NCBI GenBank assembly: GCA_965541585.1
Contig: CBEUCH010000001.1
Coordinates: 256,001-320,000 of the forward strand
Direction: 5' to 3'
Source of the DNA: an uncultured bacterium
Lineage (GTDB): Bacteria; Zixibacteria; MSB-5A5; UBA10806
Length of the DNA stretch: 64,000 nt
A program made the position numbers and the translations under genes. The notes under the pieces are model-generated. The model was given only the letters and a program-made list of their open reading frames with translations, had not been told where the DNA came from and did not search any database. Positions 39,435 to 49,233 of the stretch are shown here, one piece after another (positions within the stretch are counted from its first letter, which is position 1; each line of letters begins with the position of its first letter).

Positions 39435-40121
39435 ATGGTGAAAGTCACATTTATAGGACACTCGTGTTTCTTTCTGGAGAGCGGTTCTCACAAAATTTTG
39501 ATTGATCCCTTTATCACGGGAAACCCGGTCGCCAGAGCCTCGGAGGAGCATAAAAAGGCCGATTTCATCCTTATTAGCCATGGGCATGCCGATCATTTGG
39601 GAGATGCTGTTAAGCTGTCGAAAAACTCAGGGGCCACGGTCATTTCGAATTTCGAAATCTGCACATACTGTGACTCCCAGAAGGTTGCGAAGACTCATCC
39701 TTTGCACATCGGTGGTGGCAATGAGTTTCCTTTTGGTTCTGTGAAATTGACCATTGCCCATCATGGTAGCACCCTGGGGGATAATCTCGAATATGGCGGA
39801 CTTTCTGCAGGGATGATTATTCGTATCGATGGAAAAGTGATATATCATTCGGGAGACACGGGATTGTTCCTGGATATGAAACTGATCGGCGAGCTCGACG
39901 ACATCGACCTTGCGCTTCTGCCGATCGGCGGCAATTTCACTATGGATATTCCAGACGCCATCAAGGCCGTGGAATTCTTAAAACCGAAAAAGGCGATCCC
40001 GATGCACTATAATACGTTCGACCTCATAGCCTGTGATCCCGGGGATTTTGTAAATGGCATCAAGTCATTGGGAGTTGAGGGTATTGTCCTCGGATTCGGT
40101 GAAAGCTACGAATTGAATTAA
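39435..40121 (+). CDS. UPF0173 metal-dependent hydrolase (MBL fold)
   Basis: Motifs GHSCF, IDPF, SHGHADH, YHSGDT and PMHYNTF. TTGACA-N17-TAAATT at 39380-39408. Confidence 0.9.
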   Translation: MVKVTFIGHSCFFLESGSHKILIDPFITGNPVARASEEHKKADFILISHGHADHLGDAVKLSKNSGATVISNFEICTYCDSQKVAKTHPLHIGGGNEFPFGSVKLTIAHHGSTLGDNLEYGGLSAGMIIRIDGKVIYHSGDTGLFLDMKLIGELDDIDLALLPIGGNFTMDIPDAIKAVEFLKPKKAIPMHYNTFDLIACDPGDFVNGIKSLGVEGIVLGFGESYELN

Positions 40122-40125
40122 TGAG

Positions 40126-41094
40126 ATGATGATTTTCGCTCATGAAGCCCGGAAATCAATTCTGGGCTTTTGTCTTATCGCTGTTTTATCGGTACCATCA
40201 GGCGAATCATGGTCACAGGCGACTGCAACCGGGCTATTCGAGGTTCTCCCCGCCGATGATATCTATGCGGATTCCGCCGGTTACTATTTAGAATACTTCC
40301 AGCATATTCTCGCCGATCTGTTGGGAGAGCCGCTTGATACAACCGTTACCGCATACCTGGCCGCAAGCGAAGAAGAGTTTTTGAGAACGACGGGGCCGTC
40401 GATCCCCGACTGGGGCGCCGGCGTGGCCTTATTGGAGCAAAATAGAATTGTCATTAAATCTCCGAAATATATGAAGACTGGAAAATCTTTCAGGGAATTG
40501 ATCGGCCATGAACTGACCCACATCATGCTTCACCGAGCGGCTGAAGGCCGCTGGCTGCCGCGATGGATTCACGAGGGATTGGCCATGCGTGTTTCCGGTG
40601 AATGGAATATAGGCCAGGATATACTGGTAGCCAGGGCTGCCTGGACGAATAATCTTATTCACCTCCATCGCCTGGAGGGGATGTCCGTATTCAACGGGGC
40701 CAAGGCGAATCTGGCATACACCGAATCGTACATGGCAGTATCGAGTCTTCTCAAAGGGGGAGATCCCTATCGGCTTGCAGATCTTCTGGCCATGTATCGA
40801 GAAACCAATGACTTTCTCCAGAGCTTTCATGCGGTGGTCGGTACCGATTACAGTCAATGGATCCATGATTGGTATGAGAGGACATCTATGCAATATCAAT
40901 TTCTGCTGTTTATTCTCGATTGGAAGCTGTTCTGGCTGGCCTTACCCTTTTTTATCATACTCTTGTTTCTTTTGAAAAAAAGACAAAACGCGAAAACCAA
41001 AAGACGCTGGAAGAGCGAGGAGCGGTTCAATCCGCCGGACGATAGCTATAACCAATATTTCGACGGCTACTACGATGAAGAAGATCAAGCATAG
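40126..41094 (+). CDS. peptidase MA-like zinc metalloprotease, membrane anchored
   Basis: HELTH followed by PRWIHEGLA. Signal peptide and C-terminal TM. Confidence 0.8.
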   Translation: MMIFAHEARKSILGFCLIAVLSVPSGESWSQATATGLFEVLPADDIYADSAGYYLEYFQHILADLLGEPLDTTVTAYLAASEEEFLRTTGPSIPDWGAGVALLEQNRIVIKSPKYMKTGKSFRELIGHELTHIMLHRAAEGRWLPRWIHEGLAMRVSGEWNIGQDILVARAAWTNNLIHLHRLEGMSVFNGAKANLAYTESYMAVSSLLKGGDPYRLADLLAMYRETNDFLQSFHAVVGTDYSQWIHDWYERTSMQYQFLLFILDWKLFWLALPFFIILLFLLKKRQNAKTKRRWKSEERFNPPDDSYNQYFDGYYDEEDQA

Positions 41095-41956
41095 GCTTGA
41101 ATATTTCTCCGTCGTTGCGCTGATTTTCGTATTAAATCTCATTCCCTACAGATTGGCGCTTTTAGTCGGGGATATAATTGGCTTTCTGGGCTTTTCCGTC
41201 CTTAGAATCCGGAGGAAAGTCACCCTGGATAATCTGAAAAAGTCGTTCAAAGATCAATTCAGCGATCAAGATTATGTGAGAATTGGCGCCAGATCATACA
41301 GGTACATAGCCCGGGGGATGATAGAATATGGGTTGTTTCCAACACTTAAGAAGAAAAATCTTCAGAAATTCTTAACCATACAGGGGTTGGAGAATCTTCA
41401 GAAGATCAGCGGCGGGGGCCGGGGGTGTGTGTTGGTAGCTGGCCATTTCGGAAGCTGGGAGCTCATGGGAGCTTTTGTGGCTGCAAACGGCTGGCCCATC
41501 GATTACCTCGTGGGAGAACAGCATAATATTCTGGTTAATAGATTAATGAACAATCATCGCCGGATGTTCGGGATCGGCTTGATCGAGATGGGAGTCGCAG
41601 CCCGGGGAGTGATTAGGGCGGTTCGCAACGGCCGCATGGTATGCATGCTCTCGGATCAGGATGCCGGTTCCGACGGTGTGATAGTAGAGTTTCTTGGCCG
41701 GCCCGCATCCACCCCCAGAGGGCCGGCGGCATTTGCATTGAAAACGGGTGCGCCTCTGGCCTGTGGCTTCATTGTTAGAGAAGGATCCAAGCAGAGAATT
41801 GTGATAGAGCAACCCTTCGATTTCACTCCCACAGGGAACAAAGACGCAGATATCAAACAATTAACGCAGGCATATACCAGCCTGCTGGAGAAATACGTCA
41901 GGGAATACCCCGATCACTGGTTCTGGCCTCACCGGCGCTGGAAATCGACGTCGTGA
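41075..41956 (+). CDS. lipid A biosynthesis acyltransferase (LpxL/HtrB family)
   Basis: Motifs GHFGSWE, LSDQD, EFLG and PDHWFWPHRRWK. Confidence 0.88.
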   Translation: MKKIKHRLEYFSVVALIFVLNLIPYRLALLVGDIIGFLGFSVLRIRRKVTLDNLKKSFKDQFSDQDYVRIGARSYRYIARGMIEYGLFPTLKKKNLQKFLTIQGLENLQKISGGGRGCVLVAGHFGSWELMGAFVAANGWPIDYLVGEQHNILVNRLMNNHRRMFGIGLIEMGVAARGVIRAVRNGRMVCMLSDQDAGSDGVIVEFLGRPASTPRGPAAFALKTGAPLACGFIVREGSKQRIVIEQPFDFTPTGNKDADIKQLTQAYTSLLEKYVREYPDHWFWPHRRWKSTS

Positions 41957-44286
41957 TTGCCCAAAATCGATCAATCTTCTCCGGACGTCCAGCGTTGGTT
42001 ACCCTCCTTTTATACATAGCCGGTATATTCCTTTCACTGCAACTTGAGGTGCATTATCTGATCCCCCTGACTCTGACTGTAGCATCTTTAATTGTCGTTA
42101 TCTATGTTTATTTGAAAGAAGCCGGGAAATGGATAGTTTGGTCTGCCGCTTTGCTTCTGGTCTTTCTGGGCTGGTCAAACACGAATTTGTCCACCGGGTC
42201 GTTCCCCCCTAACCATATCAAGAACCTCGCCGATCTGGGTGGAATGGTAGAGTTGGCAGGCCGCGTAGTTGAAGAACCGGATATCAGGGAAGATAGAACG
42301 TATTTAGTTGTGGAGGCCGATTCCATTTCAATCGGGCGATACTGGATTCCGTCCATGGGCAGGGTCCGGGTGAAAGTAAACAACGGCGGCAGTCGTTACA
42401 ATCACGCGGATGTCGTATCATTAACCGGCTACCTGTACGAGCCTAAAGGGCCGAGAAATCCGGGTGGTTTCGATTATGGCGCCTACCTCCGGGCCAGGGG
42501 TATATTCGCCGCCATGTCTGTCAGCGGCCCCCATTCTGTTACAGTAATTGAAAAGGGGCAGTCATTCTTATCGACAGTTGTGACACCATTGAGGAGCTAT
42601 CTTATATCGAAGACCAGGGAGCATTTATCACCGGTACCGGCGGCTATCTTATCCGGTTTCATTCTGGGAGAAAGGCGAGATATCCCTGAGGAATATCAGA
42701 CACTTTTCAGGAACACCGGTACACTTCATCTGATGGCCGTATCCGGCTCTAACGTTGCAATCGTGATAGCGATTTTTGCATTTCCTCTGGCATTCTTTGG
42801 CCTCCCGCGAACAATAAGAATTATATTACTTCTGGGGGTCATCGTCTTCTTTGCGATCTTGACTCGCCTGGAACCATCGGTGGTTAGAGCGTCTATAATG
42901 GCCTCCGTGGGGCTTTTGGCCTACGGCTGGATTCGGAAACCGGATTATATCAATGTACTGGGCTTCGCCGGCCTGATAATGTTAATATGGAGACCGATGC
43001 ACATTTTCGATGTCGGCCTGCAACTATCATTCGCTGCGACATTCGCAATAATATATGCATTACCCCACATTTTGAGCTGGCTGTCGTTTCTAAGCCGGAG
43101 AAAATTACGATGGTTAACGTGGATCCTGGTGATCTCTCTCAGCACCGTGGCCGCTCAAATGGCGGTTATGCCGCTTCTGGCACGATATTTCAATAACGTG
43201 CCGCTGGTCGGTGTGGTGGCCAATATCCCCGTCGGTATTCTGGCTGGTTTATCCACCGTGGCCGGTGTCGCATTCTATTTTTTGACATCTCTCGGTGGCT
43301 GGGTGTCCAGTATTGCGGCGGCACCCCTGGAGTTGATCCTCCATATTGTGATCTATTTATTGAAATTCTTTTCATCGCTTCCACATGCCAACATAAAGGT
43401 TTCATCTCCCGGATGGCCGCAAATCGCTCTCTATTGGGTATTATTATATGTAGTATATGAAATGTTCATCCGACGTCGGACAAGCAGGACAGGGATTATA
43501 GCCGTTCTGGCAATGTTCAGCATCGTTGTCTGGTCTGGTCTTGCCGAAAGCAGGCCCTCGTGGAAGGTGGAATTCGTCGAGATTGGACGGAACCGCGCCT
43601 GGATATTTTCTGATAAACGAGGCACCACAATCGCCTCCTACGATTGTTATAGATCGGAGGATAATCCCAATGGAGCGTTGATACCTCACATCCTGGATTT
43701 CTATGGTGGGCGGCTTGATTATCTTTTTTCTAATACAGCGGATTCTCCCGAAGTGCTGGAGCTAAAAGAGATATGTTCGTCGAGGCTATTCCCTGCCGAC
43801 AGCGTTATTTATCTGCTAAACCGTCAGTCGAAAGGCGCAGATGAAACGGGAGATAATCTCGCGGGTGAGGGTCTTCCCCCGAACATTAAGGTTGTATGGG
43901 GTGAACCCGATAATAGAGAAGAAGAGAAGAATACTCTTCCTGCTCTGCAGATTGATGCAGGGGATTGCATTTTATTATTTGCGGGGTGGTCTGATATACG
44001 AATTTTAGCAGGGTTTCAAGCCGATGAGAAGGTGAGACTTCTGGAGATGCCATGGAGCGCTTATTCACAAAGCCTATGCCGAAATCTGATAAGCAGCCTG
44101 GATCCTGAAGTGACTATTTTCTCACCGGATCGCCTGTCGAATATCATGCCCCGAGCCAGAGAGGAGCTGACCCATTCGGAGGATAGGCTCTATTCGACGT
44201 CAATTTGCGGTGGATTTGAAATAGCTGAATTCGGGTCTGAGTTGATGGTCAGGACAATGAGAGAAGTCGTCAACGAGAGGGAGTAA
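41953..44286 (+). CDS. comEC: DNA uptake channel ComEC/Rec2
   Basis: OB domain (PRNPGGFDY) and competence domain (GTLHLMAVSGSNV, PSVVRA, GLQLSFAA). The C-terminal MBL-like domain lacks HxDxDH. Confidence 0.88.
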   Translation: MIAQNRSIFSGRPALVTLLLYIAGIFLSLQLEVHYLIPLTLTVASLIVVIYVYLKEAGKWIVWSAALLLVFLGWSNTNLSTGSFPPNHIKNLADLGGMVELAGRVVEEPDIREDRTYLVVEADSISIGRYWIPSMGRVRVKVNNGGSRYNHADVVSLTGYLYEPKGPRNPGGFDYGAYLRARGIFAAMSVSGPHSVTVIEKGQSFLSTVVTPLRSYLISKTREHLSPVPAAILSGFILGERRDIPEEYQTLFRNTGTLHLMAVSGSNVAIVIAIFAFPLAFFGLPRTIRIILLLGVIVFFAILTRLEPSVVRASIMASVGLLAYGWIRKPDYINVLGFAGLIMLIWRPMHIFDVGLQLSFAATFAIIYALPHILSWLSFLSRRKLRWLTWILVISLSTVAAQMAVMPLLARYFNNVPLVGVVANIPVGILAGLSTVAGVAFYFLTSLGGWVSSIAAAPLELILHIVIYLLKFFSSLPHANIKVSSPGWPQIALYWVLLYVVYEMFIRRRTSRTGIIAVLAMFSIVVWSGLAESRPSWKVEFVEIGRNRAWIFSDKRGTTIASYDCYRSEDNPNGALIPHILDFYGGRLDYLFSNTADSPEVLELKEICSSRLFPADSVIYLLNRQSKGADETGDNLAGEGLPPNIKVVWGEPDNREEEKNTLPALQIDAGDCILLFAGWSDIRILAGFQADEKVRLLEMPWSAYSQSLCRNLISSLDPEVTIFSPDRLSNIMPRAREELTHSEDRLYSTSICGGFEIAEFGSELMVRTMREVVNERE

Positions 44287-44288
44287 AG

Positions 44289-45455
44289 TTGAGTTTCACC
44301 GGCAACCTTAAGACTGTATCTTTACCCGATATATTCCAACTGATTTTTTCTTCAAAAAAGACCGGGGTTTTAGATGTTGGCAAGGATAATTCTCTGCGTC
44401 AGATCTACTTCCGGAACGGGTCGTTAATATATGCATCCTCCAATGATGAACAGGATCTTTTCGGCAACCTCTTGCTGAAAAAGGGGAGAATCTCTAAAGA
44501 GGAGCTGAATAAGGTCCTTGTGAGCCAGAAAGAAGGCAAAAGGATAGGTGCGCTGCTGGTGGACAAAAAGCTTTTCACGCGAGAGGAAATATTCGAGTGT
44601 CTGAAAATGCAGATCGAGGAGATAGTCTACGGGTTGTTCGGGTGGAAGGACGGTGAATTCAAGTTCGAGGAGAATCAGGAGCCTCCGGCAGAGACGATCC
44701 AGACTGAACTCAATCCCATGAACCTGATAATGGAAGGTACCAGGCGGATCGACGAATGGGAGGAACTCAAAAAGGTCCTGCCTGCCGATAATACCACCGT
44801 GGAACTCGTGCGCGATCCCGCAATTAAATCCGAGGAACTTAAGATTTCCAAAGATGAAATCATTGTTATGGCTGTGATTGGCTCCGGCAAAGAGATATCC
44901 AAAATTCTTGAAGAGTGCTATCTGGATCGTTTTCTGACGTCGAAAGCGCTGGCAAACCTGTTTCGGATGAACCTGCTCAAACCGGTTAAGAAAGCGGTCC
45001 AGAAGCAGGGAATAGAGGATGAGCAGAAGACACTGGCAGAGGTTTTTGCACAGATATATTTAAGCAACCTTGGATATATTTTCGAGAACCTTCGCGAAAA
45101 GCTGGGAGACAAAGGGGAACGAATCATAGCCGAGACTTTTGAGGAGAACAAGGAATTCTACCCTCTGCTGAGCAGTGGTTTTTCCAAAAACGGCGGGCAA
45201 ATCAACTTCGATTTGTTTATAGAACTTTACAAAAAACTCCCTCAGGAAGCGAGGATCTGGAAAATTGTATCAAATTTCAACGCATTATTAAACGATTATC
45301 TCAACGTGGTCAGAAAGAGTCTGGGGAATAAGATCTACAGGCGATTGCTTTCGGAAATAAAGATCAATATCCAGAACACGATTAATAGGAATAGGCAACT
45401 ATCGCTTAAGTACGGCCTGGAGGAAGAGTTTTCTCGGGCGTTGCGGGATAGATAG
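44289..45455 (+). CDS. DUF4388 (PATAN-like) domain protein
   Basis: Motifs FTGNLKTVSLPDIFQL..KKTGVL, IYFRNG, LFGWKDGEFKF and LIMEGTRRIDEW. Confidence 0.85.
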   Translation: MSFTGNLKTVSLPDIFQLIFSSKKTGVLDVGKDNSLRQIYFRNGSLIYASSNDEQDLFGNLLLKKGRISKEELNKVLVSQKEGKRIGALLVDKKLFTREEIFECLKMQIEEIVYGLFGWKDGEFKFEENQEPPAETIQTELNPMNLIMEGTRRIDEWEELKKVLPADNTTVELVRDPAIKSEELKISKDEIIVMAVIGSGKEISKILEECYLDRFLTSKALANLFRMNLLKPVKKAVQKQGIEDEQKTLAEVFAQIYLSNLGYIFENLREKLGDKGERIIAETFEENKEFYPLLSSGFSKNGGQINFDLFIELYKKLPQEARIWKIVSNFNALLNDYLNVVRKSLGNKIYRRLLSEIKINIQNTINRNRQLSLKYGLEEEFSRALRDR

Positions 45456-45458
45456 GAA

Positions 45459-45824
45459 ATGAATAGATTAACAGTTTATCTTACGGTCGGTTTTATCTTA
45501 TTACACTTTCGCATGGCGGGAGCAGTATCAACTCATACTTATAACCTCGTGCAGGATTCGATATTCTTTATAATTTCTATGGGTTGTCTGATCCTGGCCC
45601 TCAGCATCTTTGTCACCCTCAAAGGCGGCAGCCTCGGAATTCCCTGGATTTTCTTTATCATAGGATTTGCAATAGCGGCCGTAAGCGGCGCCATCCATCT
45701 GCTCGATTTTTTCAAGATCGTGGTTTATGAATACGACTTACGGCTGGCCACTCTTATAACGAGTTGCGGGTCTATGTTATTTCTGTTTATCGGACTTTAT
45801 TTTTATAGAAGAGGATTACAATAA
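45459..45824 (+). CDS. small 3-4 TM membrane protein
   Basis: Hydrophobic 121-aa ORF containing LKGGSLGIPW, tightly packed in the operon. Confidence 0.65.
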   Translation: MNRLTVYLTVGFILLHFRMAGAVSTHTYNLVQDSIFFIISMGCLILALSIFVTLKGGSLGIPWIFFIIGFAIAAVSGAIHLLDFFKIVVYEYDLRLATLITSCGSMLFLFIGLYFYRRGLQ

Positions 45825-45843
45825 TATCCTTTTGACATAACTC

Positions 45844-45870
45844 TAAATATCCATCAGCGCTTGTCGATAA
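45844..45870 (+). promoter_or_regulatory. sigma28 (FliA/WhiG/SigF)-type promoter candidate
   Basis: TAAA-N15-GTCGATAA, compared with the consensus TAAA-N15-GCCGATAA. Confidence 0.6.
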
Positions 45871-45903
45871 TCTATATGGTTGAATTTAACTGTGGGTGGA
45901 AAT

Positions 45904-46761
45904 ATGTTTGAATCCGTAGAATTAGATGATCGCATTGCAAAATGCGAAAAAATCTTGGGCGCTGACGAAAACAGCCAGATTTTCGCAGCGCTTGCCGAGG
46001 CATATCGGAAAAGGGGAGACCTACAAAAAGCCCAGGATGTTTGTCTTCGGGGTCTGACGATTCATCCCAATTACGCATCTGCCAGGATCGTCATGGCCAA
46101 AATATTTATAGCTCATGAAAACTATGATTCCGCGTGGCAGGAACTCCAGAAAGCAACCGCCTCCTCGGGGAGGACGCGCACCATAGACATCCTGGAATCA
46201 GAGATACTGATCCGAAATGGGAAGAAAAGCGAGGCCAAGGCGATTCTTGAAAAACTCTATTCTTCAGACCCTGACGACGAGAGCATTAGGAATCTCATGA
46301 CATTGATCGGAGAAGAAAGACCCTCTCGATTGTCATCCGCAATCGTTATGCCGGATTTCCAGATTGGAAGAAGCAAGAAAAGGAAACTCACCTTATCCGA
46401 GGCGATCAGTATCCTCAAGGTTTTGCCCAGGGTCCTCGGCGTCGTAGTCGTCAACAACCAGGGATTAGCCCTTGAAGGTCGCTTCGATGGTTCATATTCA
46501 AGAGAAGAGGTGGCCGCTCTGTCAAAGGGTATTTATGACATAGCCAGGGCAGGAAGCTTAAGGGTAGGTATGGAGGAGACGAGGGAGATCCTGATAGAGA
46601 CGCAAGCGTCGAAACTCTGGATATTCAACAGGGAGAGTTTTTTGCTGGTCATTTATACCCGTGACGATGTCAGCATGGGTTCATTGAGATTGAAGCTCGA
46701 AGATCTATTGCAGAGAGTAGATCAATTGGGGACGAATGCAGAACAGGAGCGTGCAGGTTGA
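45904..46761 (+). CDS. TPR-repeat plus roadblock/LC7 domain protein
   Basis: TPR FAALAEAYRKRGDLQKA..GLTIHPNY, then C-terminal VLGVVVVNNQGL..VAAL..SMGSLRL. Confidence 0.8.
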   Translation: MFESVELDDRIAKCEKILGADENSQIFAALAEAYRKRGDLQKAQDVCLRGLTIHPNYASARIVMAKIFIAHENYDSAWQELQKATASSGRTRTIDILESEILIRNGKKSEAKAILEKLYSSDPDDESIRNLMTLIGEERPSRLSSAIVMPDFQIGRSKKRKLTLSEAISILKVLPRVLGVVVVNNQGLALEGRFDGSYSREEVAALSKGIYDIARAGSLRVGMEETREILIETQASKLWIFNRESFLLVIYTRDDVSMGSLRLKLEDLLQRVDQLGTNAEQERAG

Positions 46762-47204
46762 AAGCGACAAACCAGCTGGACAGGTTCCAGGTTTCGGTTG
46801 AGTATCTCACTGAATACTCTGGCGTCAAGGGGGCTGTCATAGCTGACCGTGAAGGCCTGGTGGTCGCCACCAGTCCCAGGAAAGGTTTTGATGCTGAGAT
46901 TTGCGCGGCCATTGGATTGGACTTAGTCGAGATTATAGACAGAAACCTGGTCAGGCTGATAGATCCTGGATGTAAGTTCCTATCGGTCAAAACCGGTAAG
47001 GACTGGATCACGGTGGCGCAAACGTCGATCTTCTATCTGATTGTAATGGCGGACCGAAAGGCGGACGACCTTATAAACATTCGTATTTCCAGATCATTAG
47101 ATATGATCTCGTCACATATGAAGGAAAAATACCCGGCCCTTCTGTTTTCCGACGAGCCGGCGGAGCAAAAATCGGTGAAGAGCGTGGAGGCTACACATGT
47201 ATAA
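46758..47204 (+). CDS. roadblock/LC7 domain protein
   Basis: GVKGAVIADREGLVV..ICAA. Confidence 0.8.
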   Translation: MKATNQLDRFQVSVEYLTEYSGVKGAVIADREGLVVATSPRKGFDAEICAAIGLDLVEIIDRNLVRLIDPGCKFLSVKTGKDWITVAQTSIFYLIVMADRKADDLINIRISRSLDMISSHMKEKYPALLFSDEPAEQKSVKSVEATHV

Positions 47205-47535
47205 TGTTCTTGGCGAATTAAACAAAACCTCCGGGGTCAGAGGATCCATGTTGGTGGGTACCGATGGCATAATCATCGCTGCCGATTTGGACTCCCAACT
47301 CGAGGACGAAACTGTCGGGGCCCTGGCGGCTTCAATTGTTTCAAACGTTTCGAAGGCTATGGGAAAGCTGAATAAGCAAAATCCCGATCGCATAACGATC
47401 GAAGCGGACCAGGGTAAGGTATTCCTTAATGATGCAGGTGTGGGAATATTGGCTGTGATAACCGATCCTGCGGTAAATGTTGGTATGGTGAGGTTGGAAA
47501 TCAAAAACGCGATCTCCAGGATAAAAGCGGAGTAG
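47197..47535 (+). CDS. roadblock/LC7 domain protein
   Basis: GVRGSMLVGTDGIII..VGALAA..NVGMVRLEIK. Confidence 0.85.
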   Translation: MYNVLGELNKTSGVRGSMLVGTDGIIIAADLDSQLEDETVGALAASIVSNVSKAMGKLNKQNPDRITIEADQGKVFLNDAGVGILAVITDPAVNVGMVRLEIKNAISRIKAE

Positions 47536-47551
47536 AAGGAATAAAAGCCTT

Positions 47552-48670
47552 ATGGCATCGATAAATTACGCATTTAAGGAGATAATCTCAAAGATCGTCT
47601 ATTACGGCCCCGGACTTTCCGGGAAAACGACTAATCTGCAGTATGTCTTCAAGAAAGTGCCGTCCGATACCAGGGGGGAATTGATAAGTCTTGCCACTGA
47701 TGCCGACAGGACGTTGTATTTCGATTTTCTGCCCGTTAACGTGGGGACTATTCGGGGGTTTGCTACCAAGTTTCAGCTTTATACCGTACCCGGCCAGGTC
47801 TACTACAATGCTACGCGCAAGTTAGTGTTAAGGGGGGTGGATGGTCTTGTTTTTGTGGCAGACAGCCAGCCGGATAAGATGGAAGAAAATAAAGAATCTC
47901 TCCGGAATCTGAAAGATAATCTCGAGGAGTATGGCTACGACATGAGTGAGTTGCCGATGGTGATCCAGTATAATAAGCGGGATCTTCCGAATATTTCTGA
48001 GATAGACGAACTGGAGAGGAATTTAAATCCGGGAGGATTGCCATATTTTGAGGCGGTTGCTGTAACAGGCGAGGGCGTCTTTAAGACTCTTAAGACGATA
48101 AGCAAAATGGTCCTTGACGAGGTCCGAAAAAGCTCTGAATCAACACCGAAAATCGTGAAATCCCGGCCAGCGGATGTTGCAGCTCCGGAATCGTCACCAC
48201 AACTATCATCGGAGAAAACGGATCAAGCGCCCGTTCAGGCCTCTGAGCCCCGGCGCGTCACGCCGGGAATCATGGCCGAGTCCGACACGCTTGCGAATGT
48301 GGTGGTTTCCGATAGTCCTGATCAGAAGCAGAAACCCGTTGCGGAGCCCGTTGAGGAGGGTACCGATTCAGTTATCGAGCAGACTGTCCTGAAGGAAGAA
48401 AACAACGGAGCAACAAAAGAAGAGAAGACCGTGCAAGAATATCCCGATTCGGAGGATAACCGTGAAGCCGGGGATGATTCCCTGTATAAACCGTTCTATG
48501 GTGGTTTATCAGACAGCGACGGTTTCGATGAGGAGGCAACTCAGATTTCTGATCTCAGTCTAAAGAGCCCATTGCCGCTTGGTAAGCCGCAGATGGCCGA
48601 GAGCAGAAAGGTAAAAGGTAGAAAGGGTAAGTTAGGCTTCTTCAGTTTATTCAGGAAACGAAAGAAATAA
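47552..48670 (+). CDS. mglA: MglA-family small GTPase with long C-terminal extension
   Basis: Motifs KIVYYGPGLSGKTTN, DRTLYFDFLP, YTVPGQ, VADSQ and NKRD. About 180 extra residues end in KGRKGKLGFFSLFRKRKK. Confidence 0.92.
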   Translation: MASINYAFKEIISKIVYYGPGLSGKTTNLQYVFKKVPSDTRGELISLATDADRTLYFDFLPVNVGTIRGFATKFQLYTVPGQVYYNATRKLVLRGVDGLVFVADSQPDKMEENKESLRNLKDNLEEYGYDMSELPMVIQYNKRDLPNISEIDELERNLNPGGLPYFEAVAVTGEGVFKTLKTISKMVLDEVRKSSESTPKIVKSRPADVAAPESSPQLSSEKTDQAPVQASEPRRVTPGIMAESDTLANVVVSDSPDQKQKPVAEPVEEGTDSVIEQTVLKEENNGATKEEKTVQEYPDSEDNREAGDDSLYKPFYGGLSDSDGFDEEATQISDLSLKSPLPLGKPQMAESRKVKGRKGKLGFFSLFRKRKK

Positions 48671-48697
48671 TTTTATTAGGATACAAGGAGGTCACCA

Positions 48698-49183
48698 TTG
48701 TCTCAGGAGCAGCAGGTCCTTTATGAGGACCAGATAAAGAAGATCGACAAGGCCCTGACCCGGATTATCAAGGAATCCGAGGCCAAATGCGCTCTCCTGG
48801 TTGATAAGGACGGGCACCTGATAACTCGCCAGGGTTTCACCCATACTCTCGACACCACAGCGCTGGCAGCATTATTGGCCGGGAGTTTCGCATCGACCAA
48901 AGAGATCGCAAGACTGGTAGGGGAACCAGAGTTCTCGGTTTTATTTCATCAGGGTAAGCGGGATCATATACATATTTCATTGATTGGTGAACGGACCATA
49001 CTGGTGGTGATTTTTGATGACCGCACGACCATAGGCATGATCAGGCTTTACGCAAAAGAGGTCGGAGAGACTCTGAAGAGCATTCTCGAAAGCAGCCCGG
49101 AGAGTGCGGATGGCGAAATGGAACTGGGGGAAGAATTCTCTGATTCCGCCGATGCCAAGTTGGACGACATTTTCCAGGAATGA
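48698..49183 (+). CDS. mglB: MglB GTPase-activating roadblock protein
   Basis: Motifs ALLVDKDGHLI, DTTALAALLAG, ARLVGEPEFSVLFHQG, IFDDRTTIGMIRL and acidic tail LDDIF. Confidence 0.9.
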   Translation: MSQEQQVLYEDQIKKIDKALTRIIKESEAKCALLVDKDGHLITRQGFTHTLDTTALAALLAGSFASTKEIARLVGEPEFSVLFHQGKRDHIHISLIGERTILVVIFDDRTTIGMIRLYAKEVGETLKSILESSPESADGEMELGEEFSDSADAKLDDIFQE

Positions 49184-49233
49184 GGCTAAGGCCTCAAGGT
49201 TTCTCATCTTAGTTTAATCATTGGAGTTTCAGG

